Part shown: piece after piece, positions 9,881-19,168 of the stretch
Layout: each line of letters begins with the position of its first letter
How positions within the stretch are numbered: the first letter of the stretch is position 1
The notes under the pieces: model-generated
Seen by the model: only the letters and a program-made list of their open reading frames with translations
What the model was told of the DNA's origin: nothing
The model's database searches: none
Source of the DNA: a virus
Lineage: Duplodnaviria; Heunggongvirae; Uroviricota; Caudoviricetes
DNA length: 64,000 nt
IMG/VR virus record: IMGVR_UViG_3300032144_000001
Location: 9,293-73,292 of that record
Reading direction: 5' to 3' (one strand)
Position numbers and translations under genes: made by a program

Positions 9881-10151
9881 AAAGAGTTCGAATAACTCAT
9901 CTAGGGTCTTAGACCTAAGTCCGTGTGCTGGATGCCGAAATTATTATGCAACACTATCATTGTTTACCATTTAATTAACAATTCAACCTCTATAAACAAA
10001 TACTTCAATCTATAGTGCCTTTGGCTCACTATATCTATATAATGTTAATTAGAATGGATTTCTTTTTAAAGGATTAAGTGTAATATATACATTAATCCTA
10101 TCATAGCACTCCATAAACAGATAGCTAATAGGAGTTCTTTTATCCATTGTT

Positions 10152-10547
10152 TCATACTAATTCAAGAGATTTTGATTCTTTTAGGATATTATGAACCTCA
10201 TCAATACCAATGGATTGTATTACCTCATCCGGAACATCAATTTCAAATGATAATTCATCCATTTGCAGTCTACTATATGGTGATTTATTATCAAATTCTC
10301 TAATAAAATCAGATGCTTTTTCTGGTAAATCAATAATATAAGAAGTTTGAGATAAATCGACCTCTAAAGATCCCAGAAATTTTATCCCATTAGGAAATAT
10401 AAAGATTTTTTTACTACCAACCCATGTATTTTCACCAAATAGATCAACAATTGCTTTTGCTATAGCACAATTCTGACCTATTTTATATTCTGAACAAAAC
10501 ATACTATCTTTAAGTACATGCTTCGTAATTTTTACTAATACCCTCAT
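10152..10547 (-). CDS. hypothetical protein (131 aa)
   Basis: ORF track. Confidence 0.45.
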   Translation of the reverse strand: MRVLVKITKHVLKDSMFCSEYKIGQNCAIAKAIVDLFGENTWVGSKKIFIFPNGIKFLGSLEVDLSQTSYIIDLPEKASDFIREFDNKSPYSRLQMDELSFEIDVPDEVIQSIGIDEVHNILKESKSLELV

Positions 10548-10658
10548 ATATTTATTTAAATTAATTTAACCTATAGTTAATATTGCAATAATACCTATAA
10601 CTATTACAGCTAGTACTGCTATTATATTTGCTGTTGAATTTTTCATAATATTATTAAT

Positions 10659-11381
10659 TTAAATATCAGAAACTTTATCTAAAAGATGTAAATATTTACA
10701 TCCTTCAGATTTCATTTCTTTAAGTACTTCTAGGCATATATTAGCAGCTTTTTTGAGAATTGAATCTTTCTTTTCTTTTCCAGCATAAGCAGCAGCATAA
10801 GCAGCAGCATCAGCAGCAGCATCAGCAGCAGCATCAGCAGCATAAGCATAAGCAGCATCAGCAGCAGCATCAGCAGCAGCATCAGCAGCATAAGCATAAG
10901 CAGCATCAGCAGCAGCATCAGCAGCAGCATCAGCAGCATAAGCATAAGCAGCATATTTTTTTAATTCTAAACAAAGATTTCTTGCTTCTGATAATTCTAC
11001 CACAACTTTAAGCTTTTCTGCTAAAGTAGAATCATATTTAATAGCAAGTTCAGAAATAATTTCATTAATGACTTTTATAGTTACTTTCTTAGAAAACTCT
11101 TTTTGATCTAATTGACTAGAATTCAATTGAGCTATACTTATTTCAATCATTCCTTCTGATCTAGCTTGATTAGAGGACCAATTAGCATCATTTAATCTAA
11201 TTTTAAATGATCTAACCGCACTACCTACACAAGGAGGATTATCTGAATGGGGTAAACCATATGCATAGCATACAGCAGCTTCAATACACATTTGACCAGG
11301 TTCTTGTTTACCTAATCCTTTAGAAAGACCGCATTTTACTGTATCTCTCACTTTAATTGCTATATCTTCTGTTAATTCCAT
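10659..11381 (-). CDS. hypothetical protein with internal Ala/Asp/Tyr tandem repeat
   Basis: Translation has (AYAYAADAAADAAADA)x3.3 flanked by ordinary sequence. Confidence 0.5.
   Translation of the reverse strand: MELTEDIAIKVRDTVKCGLSKGLGKQEPGQMCIEAAVCYAYGLPHSDNPPCVGSAVRSFKIRLNDANWSSNQARSEGMIEISIAQLNSSQLDQKEFSKKVTIKVINEIISELAIKYDSTLAEKLKVVVELSEARNLCLELKKYAAYAYAADAAADAAADAAYAYAADAAADAAADAAYAYAADAAADAAADAAAYAAAYAGKEKKDSILKKAANICLEVLKEMKSEGCKYLHLLDKVSDI
10787..10965. repeat. 48-bp tandem repeat, about 3.5 copies (GCAGCAGCATCAGCAGCA... units)
   Basis: Direct inspection of DNA; in-frame within ORF 10659..11381. Confidence 0.8.
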
Positions 11382-11394
11382 AATATTTTGTGTT

Positions 11395-11724
11395 TTATTC
11401 TATTATTTTATATTCTTTTTTAAGTATTCTTACTCTTTGATATAGTCTCCATATACAAGAGAAGTAATTATTGGATGTGATTGGTGTTTTGTACCAATAT
11501 ATTCTTATAAATGATTTGTGTCTGTCAATCCATCCTTGATCATATGTATAAACAGCAAATTGAATATTAGCTGTATAACAAACACCATCATGAATATTTT
11601 TGTATATTATATATTTTCTCCATCCAAAAAATGGCATTCTAATAATGCATTCTATATAGTAATCTATTAGAAGTTTAATTATTTCTTGCTTTTTCATAAC
11701 TTTAATTATATGTAAATGCGCCAA
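11395..11724 (-). CDS. small Cys/His protein, paralog family member 1 (109 aa)
   Basis: Shares YYIECI-MPFFGWR-Y ... WRLYxRVRILKKEYK with ORF 17695..18021. Confidence 0.5.
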   Translation of the reverse strand: MAHLHIIKVMKKQEIIKLLIDYYIECIIRMPFFGWRKYIIYKNIHDGVCYTANIQFAVYTYDQGWIDRHKSFIRIYWYKTPITSNNYFSCIWRLYQRVRILKKEYKIIE

Positions 11725-11911
11725 TTATAGTGATTATTAAACATAATAATAACAAAATACACCCTATCAGATTATTAGTCTGATAGAGTGGTATTGGACC
11801 TTGAACATCTTCATAATAATTTTTATCTCCTTTTTTAGATGTATCAGTACCTAATAAGGATAGACCTGTAACCATTAATATAATACAGGTTATTATAATT
11901 AATACTTTCAT
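11702..11911 (-). CDS. small membrane protein (69 aa)
   Basis: Two hydrophobic segments. Confidence 0.35.
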   Translation of the reverse strand: MKVLIIITCIILMVTGLSLLGTDTSKKGDKNYYEDVQGPIPLYQTNNLIGCILLLLCLIITIIGAFTYN

Positions 11912-12180
11912 GTGTTTTTAATGTAATTAGTGAATAAATTGTTTATTATTCTATGGGTTAGACCATCAGTATACTGTTCACTTCTGGCTCTAAGGCAGTC
12001 ACCAAGTAATAGAATAGGATCATATCCATAAATAACAATTAGTTTATCCAATTGTTCTCTAATGATATCTAATTCTTCTGTTCCCCTTATCCATACATGG
12101 TGACTGTCACTATAGTTATAAGAATAATCATGATTTATGATATTCTTTATAAAATCATTGTATAGTTCTTCTTTATTCAT
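11908..12180 (-). CDS. hypothetical protein (90 aa)
   Basis: ORF track. Confidence 0.4.
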   Translation of the reverse strand: MNKEELYNDFIKNIINHDYSYNYSDSHHVWIRGTEELDIIREQLDKLIVIYGYDPILLLGDCLRARSEQYTDGLTHRIINNLFTNYIKNT

Positions 12181-12331
12181 AACTTAATTTCTTTTCCATG
12201 TAAGGAATACATGATTACCTCTTCTCATTCTCTGGAACATTTGATTTTGCATCAAAAGTACCATAATTTTAGCACTATCCTCCTTACCTGGAGAAGGATA
12301 TACTTTACCAACAGATGCTGTTTTCATATTG

Positions 12332-12613
12332 TTATTTAGTTATCTCCCAATCATCTGGTATTTCCAGATCATACCTAAAGTCCTGAGGTTCAATGGGATT
12401 ATTCCCATAACCATACATACTCACAACTTTATCTGAAAGATCATTAGGTGTTTTAATTGTTTTACCTAAAATGTGTCTACCTATTTCACCACCAAATTCA
12501 TATTTTTTAATTCCAGCCCTATGTAGGGCCTTAGTAATGGCACATTCTTCAAAATTACAATATTTTGTAGTTCTTATATCCTCAGCTAGGATAGTTATTT
12601 GTATTGTTTTCAT
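12332..12613 (-). CDS. hypothetical protein (93 aa)
   Basis: ORF track. Confidence 0.4.
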   Translation of the reverse strand: MKTIQITILAEDIRTTKYCNFEECAITKALHRAGIKKYEFGGEIGRHILGKTIKTPNDLSDKVVSMYGYGNNPIEPQDFRYDLEIPDDWEITK

Positions 12614-12640
12614 ATTATTTATGTGTTTTTATTTAATGAA

Positions 12641-13327
12641 TTATCTCATAAATTTGGATTTATATTCAAATAATACATCTGAATGAGATCTTCTCTTATA
12701 AAATCCTTCATTATGAGCATAGGTAATAGCATGAATCATGTCTTCTCTTGTATACATCTTCTCTTCAATCTTATGAAGAGTTACATGGCCTTGAGAGTTG
12801 AGTTTGATGAACCTTTCGAGATGAATGTCTCGTTTAATATCTCCTTGAATTTTATTATAATCACATTCAACCGACACTTTATCCTTCATCTTACCATCTA
12901 TAATATCTTGTAGTTGTTTAGGTGAGAATTGTTCAGGGAGGACTAAGATTTTAAATCCCATTATTTCTCCTTTATTACCCTCGTATTTAGCAATGATTCC
13001 TACCGGATTCATTTCTGAAGAGCCATCGTGTGATACTACATATCGTAAATCACCAACTTCTATCTTCTCTGTTTCTGAGATGATGATTGGTTTTACAACA
13101 CTACCAAACCTTATTAACCTATTATCTAAAATACTGAGTTTATCGTTGGCTAAATCGCATTTACCGATTTGGAGTTCGGTATCAACAAGAACAAGCTTAC
13201 CTTCTGCTACTAGTACACCATCAGTAGTTAATTTACCACCTACAACACCATTGCTGTGGGGTTTGTGCATTTTAGTGTCTTTGACTTTGATTTGCATAAT
13301 TTTAAGGATTGAAACACATTCTGACAA
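12641..13327 (-). CDS. hypothetical protein (228 aa)
   Basis: ORF track; true start may be an internal Met. Confidence 0.45.
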   Translation of the reverse strand: MSECVSILKIMQIKVKDTKMHKPHSNGVVGGKLTTDGVLVAEGKLVLVDTELQIGKCDLANDKLSILDNRLIRFGSVVKPIIISETEKIEVGDLRYVVSHDGSSEMNPVGIIAKYEGNKGEIMGFKILVLPEQFSPKQLQDIIDGKMKDKVSVECDYNKIQGDIKRDIHLERFIKLNSQGHVTLHKIEEKMYTREDMIHAITYAHNEGFYKRRSHSDVLFEYKSKFMR

Positions 13328-13429
13328 ATCTTATCTTAATTCCTTTATTATTAGCATATTTCTTTCTAGCTAATTGTGCGTACTTAACGAACTTTTTCAT
13401 GTGTTTTGGTTTAAATTTATGTGTTTAAT

Positions 13430-13460
13430 AGAAAAAGGGTAGATATTCAAACCTACCCTT
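13430..13460 (-). terminator. intrinsic terminator (AAGGGTAG ... CTACCCTT hairpin plus T-run on minus)
   Basis: 8-bp inverted repeat immediately downstream of SPFH gene stop. Confidence 0.5.
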
Positions 13461-13468
13461 TTTGATAA

Positions 13469-14686
13469 TTATTTATCCTTTTTAAGATCAAGTGCTAAAT
13501 CTCTAGTGGCCTTCATACTCATGATTTCCATGAAATTTACAGCACCATTACCTTGAAGACCTGTTCCTGTAGAGAATTGAGGTACAATGTTACCTTGATA
13601 TTTACCAAATGCTTCTGCCCAGTACATTTGAGTTTTCTCATATGTGGCTAGTTTCTTGTCTAATGCACCATCAGCTTGAATAGCTTTCTGTTTAGCATAT
13701 GCCTCAGCATCAGCCATAGTTTTAATCTGTCGAGCATTGATCTCAGCAGCTTCAGCTTGTATTTTGGCCTCTAATTTAGCCTGTTCGGCTACAGATACTC
13801 TGGTTTGAGCAGCTACAACTTGTTTAGTTTGCTCCTGTTTCTGTTGATATTCAATTTCAACGAGTTTCTTCTTACCTTCAGCTTCAGCAGTTAGAGACTG
13901 TTGTTGTGCAGTCATAAGCTCCTGTTTAGAGATAGCTGATTTAGTGGCTGCATCAATAATCTTAGCTAATTTAGCATCAACTTGTTGTTCATAATCTACA
14001 TCAGTAATACCACCATCAGCTACAGTTATACCATATTCTTTTAAAGAAGATACTTTGCGCTTAGGTAAACCATTATCTAATTGAATAGTAGTCTGATATA
14101 TACGTTTCTTTTCTTGAGCTAATGTATCAAAAGTAACCTTTTCGGTAGTATTAAGAAGATAAACACCTTCTCTCAACTGATTTAGGAAATCTTGTGACAT
14201 TTGTGCTCTACCGCCACCATAATGTTTTTCTGAAGACATTAATTGTGATGAGGACTGTAAACATTCCTTTGTATATGGTGCTAATCGTTTAGATACTAAT
14301 GATTGAGGTGTTCTATGGGTGTTATGTAATAGAATCATCTCTTTTTCATCAGATGGTAGAATATACTGTACGATTCCAGATACTTTAGCTGTTGTAGCAT
14401 CATTAAACCGTATATCGATTTTACCTATTTCAATACCATTATCTCTCATTTCATAATCTGATACATCGGCATTATATAATACTGAAATCTGATTAGGCCA
14501 TGAGTCTTCTTTAGCAAAGAATCCTGCATAAAATACTCCAGGTGCAAATTGTACTTTTTGCTCACCAGAAGTTCTCTGTACTACGGTGCGTTCACCGCCA
14601 TCATTCCACGAAAATGGATTGATAATTAGCATAATAATAAGAGCAACAATTGCTACTACTCCAATAATAATCTGTTTAGTTTTCAT
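13469..14686 (-). CDS. SPFH/band-7 (HflK/prohibitin-like) membrane protein with long C-terminal coiled coil
   Basis: N-terminal TM helix, SPFH-like core, Ala/Glu/Lys/Gln-rich coiled coil (AEAEGKKKLVEIEYQQ ... AKLEAKIQAEAAEINARQ). Confidence 0.65.
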   Translation of the reverse strand: MKTKQIIIGVVAIVALIIMLIINPFSWNDGGERTVVQRTSGEQKVQFAPGVFYAGFFAKEDSWPNQISVLYNADVSDYEMRDNGIEIGKIDIRFNDATTAKVSGIVQYILPSDEKEMILLHNTHRTPQSLVSKRLAPYTKECLQSSSQLMSSEKHYGGGRAQMSQDFLNQLREGVYLLNTTEKVTFDTLAQEKKRIYQTTIQLDNGLPKRKVSSLKEYGITVADGGITDVDYEQQVDAKLAKIIDAATKSAISKQELMTAQQQSLTAEAEGKKKLVEIEYQQKQEQTKQVVAAQTRVSVAEQAKLEAKIQAEAAEINARQIKTMADAEAYAKQKAIQADGALDKKLATYEKTQMYWAEAFGKYQGNIVPQFSTGTGLQGNGAVNFMEIMSMKATRDLALDLKKDK

Positions 14687-14799
14687 TTTTTTCTTTTTGT
14701 TTGTTTGTTTTTAAAATAATCAGTTAGTAGTACTACTAGTGCATAGGCTACAAAGCCAAATACGCCTAGAAATGCTACTGCAAATGCAAGTTTTAACAT
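14687..14799 (-). CDS. micro membrane protein (about 37 aa) translationally coupled to SPFH gene
   Basis: Manual translation MLKLAFAVAFLGVFGFVAYALVVLLTDYFKNKQTKRKK; its TGA stop overlaps the SPFH ATG (ATGA). Confidence 0.35.
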
Positions 14800-14820
14800 A
14801 GTTTTTATCTTTTATTTAGT

Positions 14821-14970
14821 TTATTCCTTAGACCAGTGTATAGCTAAATAGGCTATCATACCTAATACTACAACACTTAATATGTAAAATCCTGATATAC
14901 ATATAATTATGGATATATACAGGGCTATTAGTAGTATTATATATTTAGCTATTGTAATAATTTTACTCAT
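14821..14970 (-). CDS. micro membrane protein (about 49 aa)
   Basis: Manual translation MSKIITIAKYIILLIALYISIIICISGFYILSVVVLGMIAYLAIHWSKE; ATGA overlap with upstream ORF stop. Confidence 0.35.
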   Translation of the reverse strand: MSKIITIAKYIILLIALYISIIICISGFYILSVVVLGMIAYLAIHWSKE

Positions 14971-15350
14971 TTTATAGGTAATTCCTCATGTACTAATATA
15001 AACCATAAATTCTCAATTTGATGTACATATTCGTAATCAAATGATATAGGATATTTTACACCATCATCTTTAGGATCAGGACTGTCTGTAAATTCATGAT
15101 ATAAAGCCCAATTTTTAGCCCAGTCTCTATATTTTAGACATAACTTATAGTCATTTACTCCTCTGCTATAATATTCACCATCTTTATAGAATCCATGTTT
15201 TAATAACCATTCAGGTGTAATGAGAATCGGGTCCATGTGTCTATAATAGGCCATATTATATATTGTTACTACTCCTGTACCACTACCTATTAGGGTATTA
15301 TCTGACCATTTAAAGTGGTTTCCTATTCGGAGTTCTTGTTGTTTTATCAT
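14967..15350 (-). CDS. hypothetical protein (127 aa)
   Basis: ORF track. Confidence 0.4.
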   Translation of the reverse strand: MIKQQELRIGNHFKWSDNTLIGSGTGVVTIYNMAYYRHMDPILITPEWLLKHGFYKDGEYYSRGVNDYKLCLKYRDWAKNWALYHEFTDSPDPKDDGVKYPISFDYEYVHQIENLWFILVHEELPIK

Positions 15351-15586
15351 GTTGTTACTTTATATAATAACATATTAATAGTTTCTTCCCAAGAACAGAA
15401 TAACTTCATTGCTTTCAAGGATTTAAAAAAATCACTTGATGGATTATCAATCATCTCCTTAGCAGTAATCTTTTGATTTATATTTAAGTCATTATATTTC
15501 ATGATTTTCAAGTTTAGAATTTAAAAAATAAGGATTGTAGAAATAAATCCACAACCCTTACCAAACACACAAATAAATAACACTAA

Positions 15587-15904
15587 TCAACGACACAATT
15601 TCAATTCTTTTTTAAGGATATCTACTCTTAATTGTAAAGTAGATAAGATATTTTTTCCGTATAAATATGCTATACAAGGAGTCTCTCCCCAATATGAACT
15701 AAACATTGCTTTATTTCTGTTTATCCAATTAAAATCTGTATTGATATTATAGTTTGAACTCAAGAAACAACAAATACCAAATCTAGCATTTTGTTCACAT
15801 AAATACGAATAAATTGTATCAGATAACCATTTGGACCTTTTAATCTTTCTGATCATATGTTCATAATCAGAAATCAATATTTGTATTAAGTCTATCTTCT
15901 TCAT
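15587..15904 (-). CDS. small Cys-containing protein, divergent paralog family member (105 aa)
   Basis: C-terminus LQLRVDILKKELKLCR matches RVRILKKE(L/Y)K of ORFs 11395 and 17695. Confidence 0.45.
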   Translation of the reverse strand: MKKIDLIQILISDYEHMIRKIKRSKWLSDTIYSYLCEQNARFGICCFLSSNYNINTDFNWINRNKAMFSSYWGETPCIAYLYGKNILSTLQLRVDILKKELKLCR

Positions 15905-15910
15905 AATCAG

Positions 15911-16240
15911 TTAGTTAGCACATACAGTTTCTAATTGAACTACTTCTTTCATAGATACAAATTCACCTAATTTAAACTTTGGTGCAAAATTTAATGATCC
16001 GAATACCCACTCAGAACCAGTTATTTCTAGTATTGTATAACAGAAGTGACATTTAGCAAGAGAAGAAGTCTTAGGTATACCTATAGTAACTAACCACTTA
16101 CCCTTACAGCTACATGATGCCTTACTAATAGATGTTATTCTAAACTCATCACCTTTTTTAAATACACCTTGAGAATGATCTCTTATGGCTACAATTTCTT
16201 GTCCTATATAAAAAGGAGGAATATCAATATTTTTTTCCAT
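15911..16240 (-). CDS. hypothetical protein (109 aa)
   Basis: ORF track. Confidence 0.4.
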   Translation of the reverse strand: MEKNIDIPPFYIGQEIVAIRDHSQGVFKKGDEFRITSISKASCSCKGKWLVTIGIPKTSSLAKCHFCYTILEITGSEWVFGSLNFAPKFKLGEFVSMKEVVQLETVCAN

Positions 16241-16454
16241 AATTCTTATAAGTTATATGTATAACAATCTTCTTAAAAAGGTGTATCCATATCTCACCTA
16301 TTAGTGATAAATGAGATATTCTAATCCAGTCTATACAATAGTCTGGATAGTATATTTTTATTCTCATAAATATTTACTCATTAGATAGAAAATAAACAAC
16401 AATAAGCCCCATATAGCAAGAGCTAATAATACTTCTTTATGCCACTGTTTCATA

Positions 16455-16709
16455 TTAATATACTTTTGATAAATGTTCAGGTGTCCATAATTTGTAATCT
16501 GTTTCGTTATACCATAGTTCAACAGATACCCTATCGTGACGGTATGTTACCGCAACAACTTCTAATCTTTTAGGTATCTTCTTGATCTCACAATATGATT
16601 CACTACCTGGGTGAACATGTATAAATTCACCCTTACGTGGTATAATATCTAATACTGGCCAGCTTACCGACCTATATGCATCTAGATTTGTATGAAATGA
16701 TATTCTCAT
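16455..16709 (-). CDS. hypothetical protein (84 aa)
   Basis: ORF track. Confidence 0.4.
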   Translation of the reverse strand: MRISFHTNLDAYRSVSWPVLDIIPRKGEFIHVHPGSESYCEIKKIPKRLEVVAVTYRHDRVSVELWYNETDYKLWTPEHLSKVY

Positions 16710-16816
16710 AATTTTTGCGTGTTTTAGTTTATAGTTGGCCCACCCAGCAATCGTCCTGGGAACTGAGCATTATGAGTGCCCTATTTTACCAAAGGTTTAA
16801 ACTACAGGCCATTGTA

Positions 16817-17074
16817 TCATACAGATACTGTCTCAGATTTATTTACTTCTTCCTTAATAGTTTCCTCAATATTAACAGGATCACTAAAAATAAGTGATGA
16901 ATGTAATGATCCACCTGTTTCAACCAATTCATACCATATATTAGACGATCTACCTTTATAGCTACAAGTAGGACCATTAACTATTTTTGAAATAATATAC
17001 TCACATCCTTCTTTGACACATATACACTTTGGATTATTAGTCCAACTATCTTCTATGCAAATTACTACTTTCAT
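16817..17074 (-). CDS. hypothetical protein (85 aa)
   Basis: ORF track. Confidence 0.35.
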   Translation of the reverse strand: MKVVICIEDSWTNNPKCICVKEGCEYIISKIVNGPTCSYKGRSSNIWYELVETGGSLHSSLIFSDPVNIEETIKEEVNKSETVSV

Positions 17075-17259
17075 AAAATATCCTTTATAGTTGCAGTTTC
17101 ATTTTGTGTGTTTAACTCCTTTCTTTTAGCTTCAGCTTTAGAAGGATCAGTATAAATAACTGGATAGGCTTTAGTTTTACCTGTCCAGTTATTCTTTATT
17201 ACGATTATATATTCTCTATGTGAACACATATTATCCAAATGTAATGAGTGCAAATGCAC
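17071..17259 (-). CDS. hypothetical protein (62 aa)
   Basis: ORF track; overlapping start/stop with neighbours. Confidence 0.3.
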   Translation of the reverse strand: MHLHSLHLDNMCSHREYIIVIKNNWTGKTKAYPVIYTDPSKAEAKRKELNTQNETATIKDIL

Positions 17260-17291
17260 CTATTACTATTACTGCTAATACAGCAATAAGG

Positions 17292-17687
17292 TTAGCTTGC
17301 CAGTTTTTCATTTTTAATTTCTTTTAATACATGTAATATTCTATACTTAGGGTGCTTTTCGTTATAACCATTAATATCATCTCGGTCATTTATAACATAC
17401 GAACTAGTAATAAATATACCATGTTTTTTCCAAACATGATCCTGTATAATCTTGTTTATTTTCTCTACTTCTGGTATATCTGATATTAAATATGTAGATA
17501 ATGGTTTATGACCAAGAGAATAAGCTATGTGCCCTAAAAAACACATTCCTCCATTATCTTCCACTCTTCCAGTAGTCCAATCCTCATCCTTAGTAGATTC
17601 TACTACCTTTATACTGTGATTTATTACATCATTTACAGGAAACAAAGTAACTTTAATTTTGTTGAAAATTCTCTTAATAAAGCTCAT
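17292..17687 (-). CDS. hypothetical protein (131 aa)
   Basis: ORF track. Confidence 0.4.
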   Translation of the reverse strand: MSFIKRIFNKIKVTLFPVNDVINHSIKVVESTKDEDWTTGRVEDNGGMCFLGHIAYSLGHKPLSTYLISDIPEVEKINKIIQDHVWKKHGIFITSSYVINDRDDINGYNEKHPKYRILHVLKEIKNEKLAS

Positions 17688-17694
17688 AAGATAT

Positions 17695-18021
17695 TTATTC
17701 TCTAGTTAATTTTAATTCTTTTTTAAGTATTCTTACTCTATAATAGAGTCTCCACATGGCTTGGAAATAAGTAGTGGCATGACTTGGTAATGGTGACCAA
17801 TACATAAACTTTGTATCACTAAAAGTCATCCCGTATAATTTATTTCTATTAACCCATTCTTCACCATATATGAATGTATTAAATACTGTATTTGCAGTCA
17901 AACATACACCATTTAATATATTTTTATCTGCACAATACTGTCTCCAACCAAAAAATGGCATACATAGAATACATTCTATATAGTATTCTATTAACCGTTC
18001 TATTAGTTCTTTCTTATTCAT
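17695..18021 (-). CDS. small Cys/His protein, paralog family member 2 (108 aa)
   Basis: Aligns along most of its length with ORF 11395..11724. Confidence 0.5.
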   Translation of the reverse strand: MNKKELIERLIEYYIECILCMPFFGWRQYCADKNILNGVCLTANTVFNTFIYGEEWVNRNKLYGMTFSDTKFMYWSPLPSHATTYFQAMWRLYYRVRILKKELKLTRE

Positions 18022-18125
18022 ATATTTTGTGTTTTAAATGTAAAAATAAATACCCTCAACAAGACACCTTCTTGTATATTGGGTATTGTAACCTAACCTA
18101 AACCTTTACACTACTAAAGTTCTTT

Positions 18126-18278
18126 TTATTTCTCATCAAACCATACAATAATCAACAATGCTATTGTTAAGATAACTGTTGGTAAAAATACCAACAATAA
18201 AGGATCTGCAATTGGTTTCAGTATTACTATTGATAATAATGCTGTTATTATAGCTACAAAAGTGACAAATGCTTTCAT
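18126..18278 (-). CDS. micro membrane protein (about 50 aa)
   Basis: Manual translation MKAFVTFVAIITALLSIVILKPIADPLLLVFLPTVILTIALLIIVWFDEK. Confidence 0.3.
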   Translation of the reverse strand: MKAFVTFVAIITALLSIVILKPIADPLLLVFLPTVILTIALLIIVWFDEK

Positions 18279-18280
18279 AA

Positions 18281-18385
18281 CTATTTGTTTTTCAATAATT
18301 TAACTACTCTATATGCAACAATTCCTACAATTATAGTCAATACCATTACAGTAGTAAATCCTATCATTATTACTTTTTCATACAT
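18281..18385 (-). CDS. micro membrane protein (about 34 aa)
   Basis: Manual translation MYEKVIMIGFTTVMVLTIIVGIVAYRVVKLLKNK. Confidence 0.3.
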   Translation of the reverse strand: MYEKVIMIGFTTVMVLTIIVGIVAYRVVKLLKNK

Positions 18386-18610
18386 ATTATTTAATGTTTA
18401 GTTTATAAAATAGAAAAATAAGTTGGTAGAGAAGGAATTAAATCTAGGTTTAGGTATAAGCCTTATCTCCATTGATTATCACCTTCTTTTCCAGGATATA
18501 ACTACCAACCTTCTCAAAATCCACTTACAGGTTGCATGTTTCCTTCTTACAGGTTCAACAAGACCACTTCATAAGTGTTTGCTGCTTTGAAACAGCGATT
18601 AAGATAATCT

Positions 18611-19159
18611 TTAATATTGTTTAAACCATTCTTCTTTTGTTGGAGTAGTATCAATTTTATTATAATCAATTTCTCCACCAATTACTTGTCCTCTTTTAAA
18701 TCCAGCATCCCAAGCTCTTTCTAATTCTTCCCTTGTATACGTTCTTTGTTTTTGTGGAATGATTTTGGCATAATTTGGATTAGGTGAGAAATGTTCAATT
18801 GAAATAATCTCAAACTCTACAATCTTATCACTATCAACTTCACCTTTATCAATTGCTGATTGCCATTGTGAGTATTTGAGTGGTAATTGATTGATTACCA
18901 GATTGTTCAACTCTGTTTCAAATTCAACAACAAGAGTTTTGAGTTCATCCAAATCTCTATTACCTAGACGATATTGGTTATTCTCATCAGTATAACCAAT
19001 CTCTACTGGCTTCAGGAATGCTGATCCTAAACCGTTTAGTTCAGATTTAGTAATCTTTACTATTCTATTGAATACAGTATCAATTACTTGCATTCCATCA
19101 GTTACTTCCTTCACTGGTGTAGAAACTATCTTTCCTTGTTTTTTATTACCTTGATTCAT
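18611..19159 (-). CDS. hypothetical protein (182 aa)
   Basis: ORF track; N-terminus MNQGNKKQGK resembles a 17-aa fragment upstream of the GIY-YIG gene. Confidence 0.45.
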   Translation of the reverse strand: MNQGNKKQGKIVSTPVKEVTDGMQVIDTVFNRIVKITKSELNGLGSAFLKPVEIGYTDENNQYRLGNRDLDELKTLVVEFETELNNLVINQLPLKYSQWQSAIDKGEVDSDKIVEFEIISIEHFSPNPNYAKIIPQKQRTYTREELERAWDAGFKRGQVIGGEIDYNKIDTTPTKEEWFKQY

Positions 19160-19168
19160 AGTTTTTAT

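Noticed and set aside
9880-10150. Possible tRNA near GAGTTCGAATAACTC
   Set aside because: I could not assemble an acceptor, D and anticodon arm on either strand. Treated as an intergenic leader.
10787-10965. Possible CRISPR array
   Set aside because: Repeats are contiguous with no spacers. Period is 48 bp, in-frame within a protein-coding gene.
10760-11011. Plus-strand ORF encoding poly-Gln/His (QQHQQQHQQQ...), and minus-strand poly-Leu/Met ORF 10730..10954
   Set aside because: Both are alternative-frame readings of the 48-bp tandem repeat inside the better-supported minus-strand gene 10659..11381.
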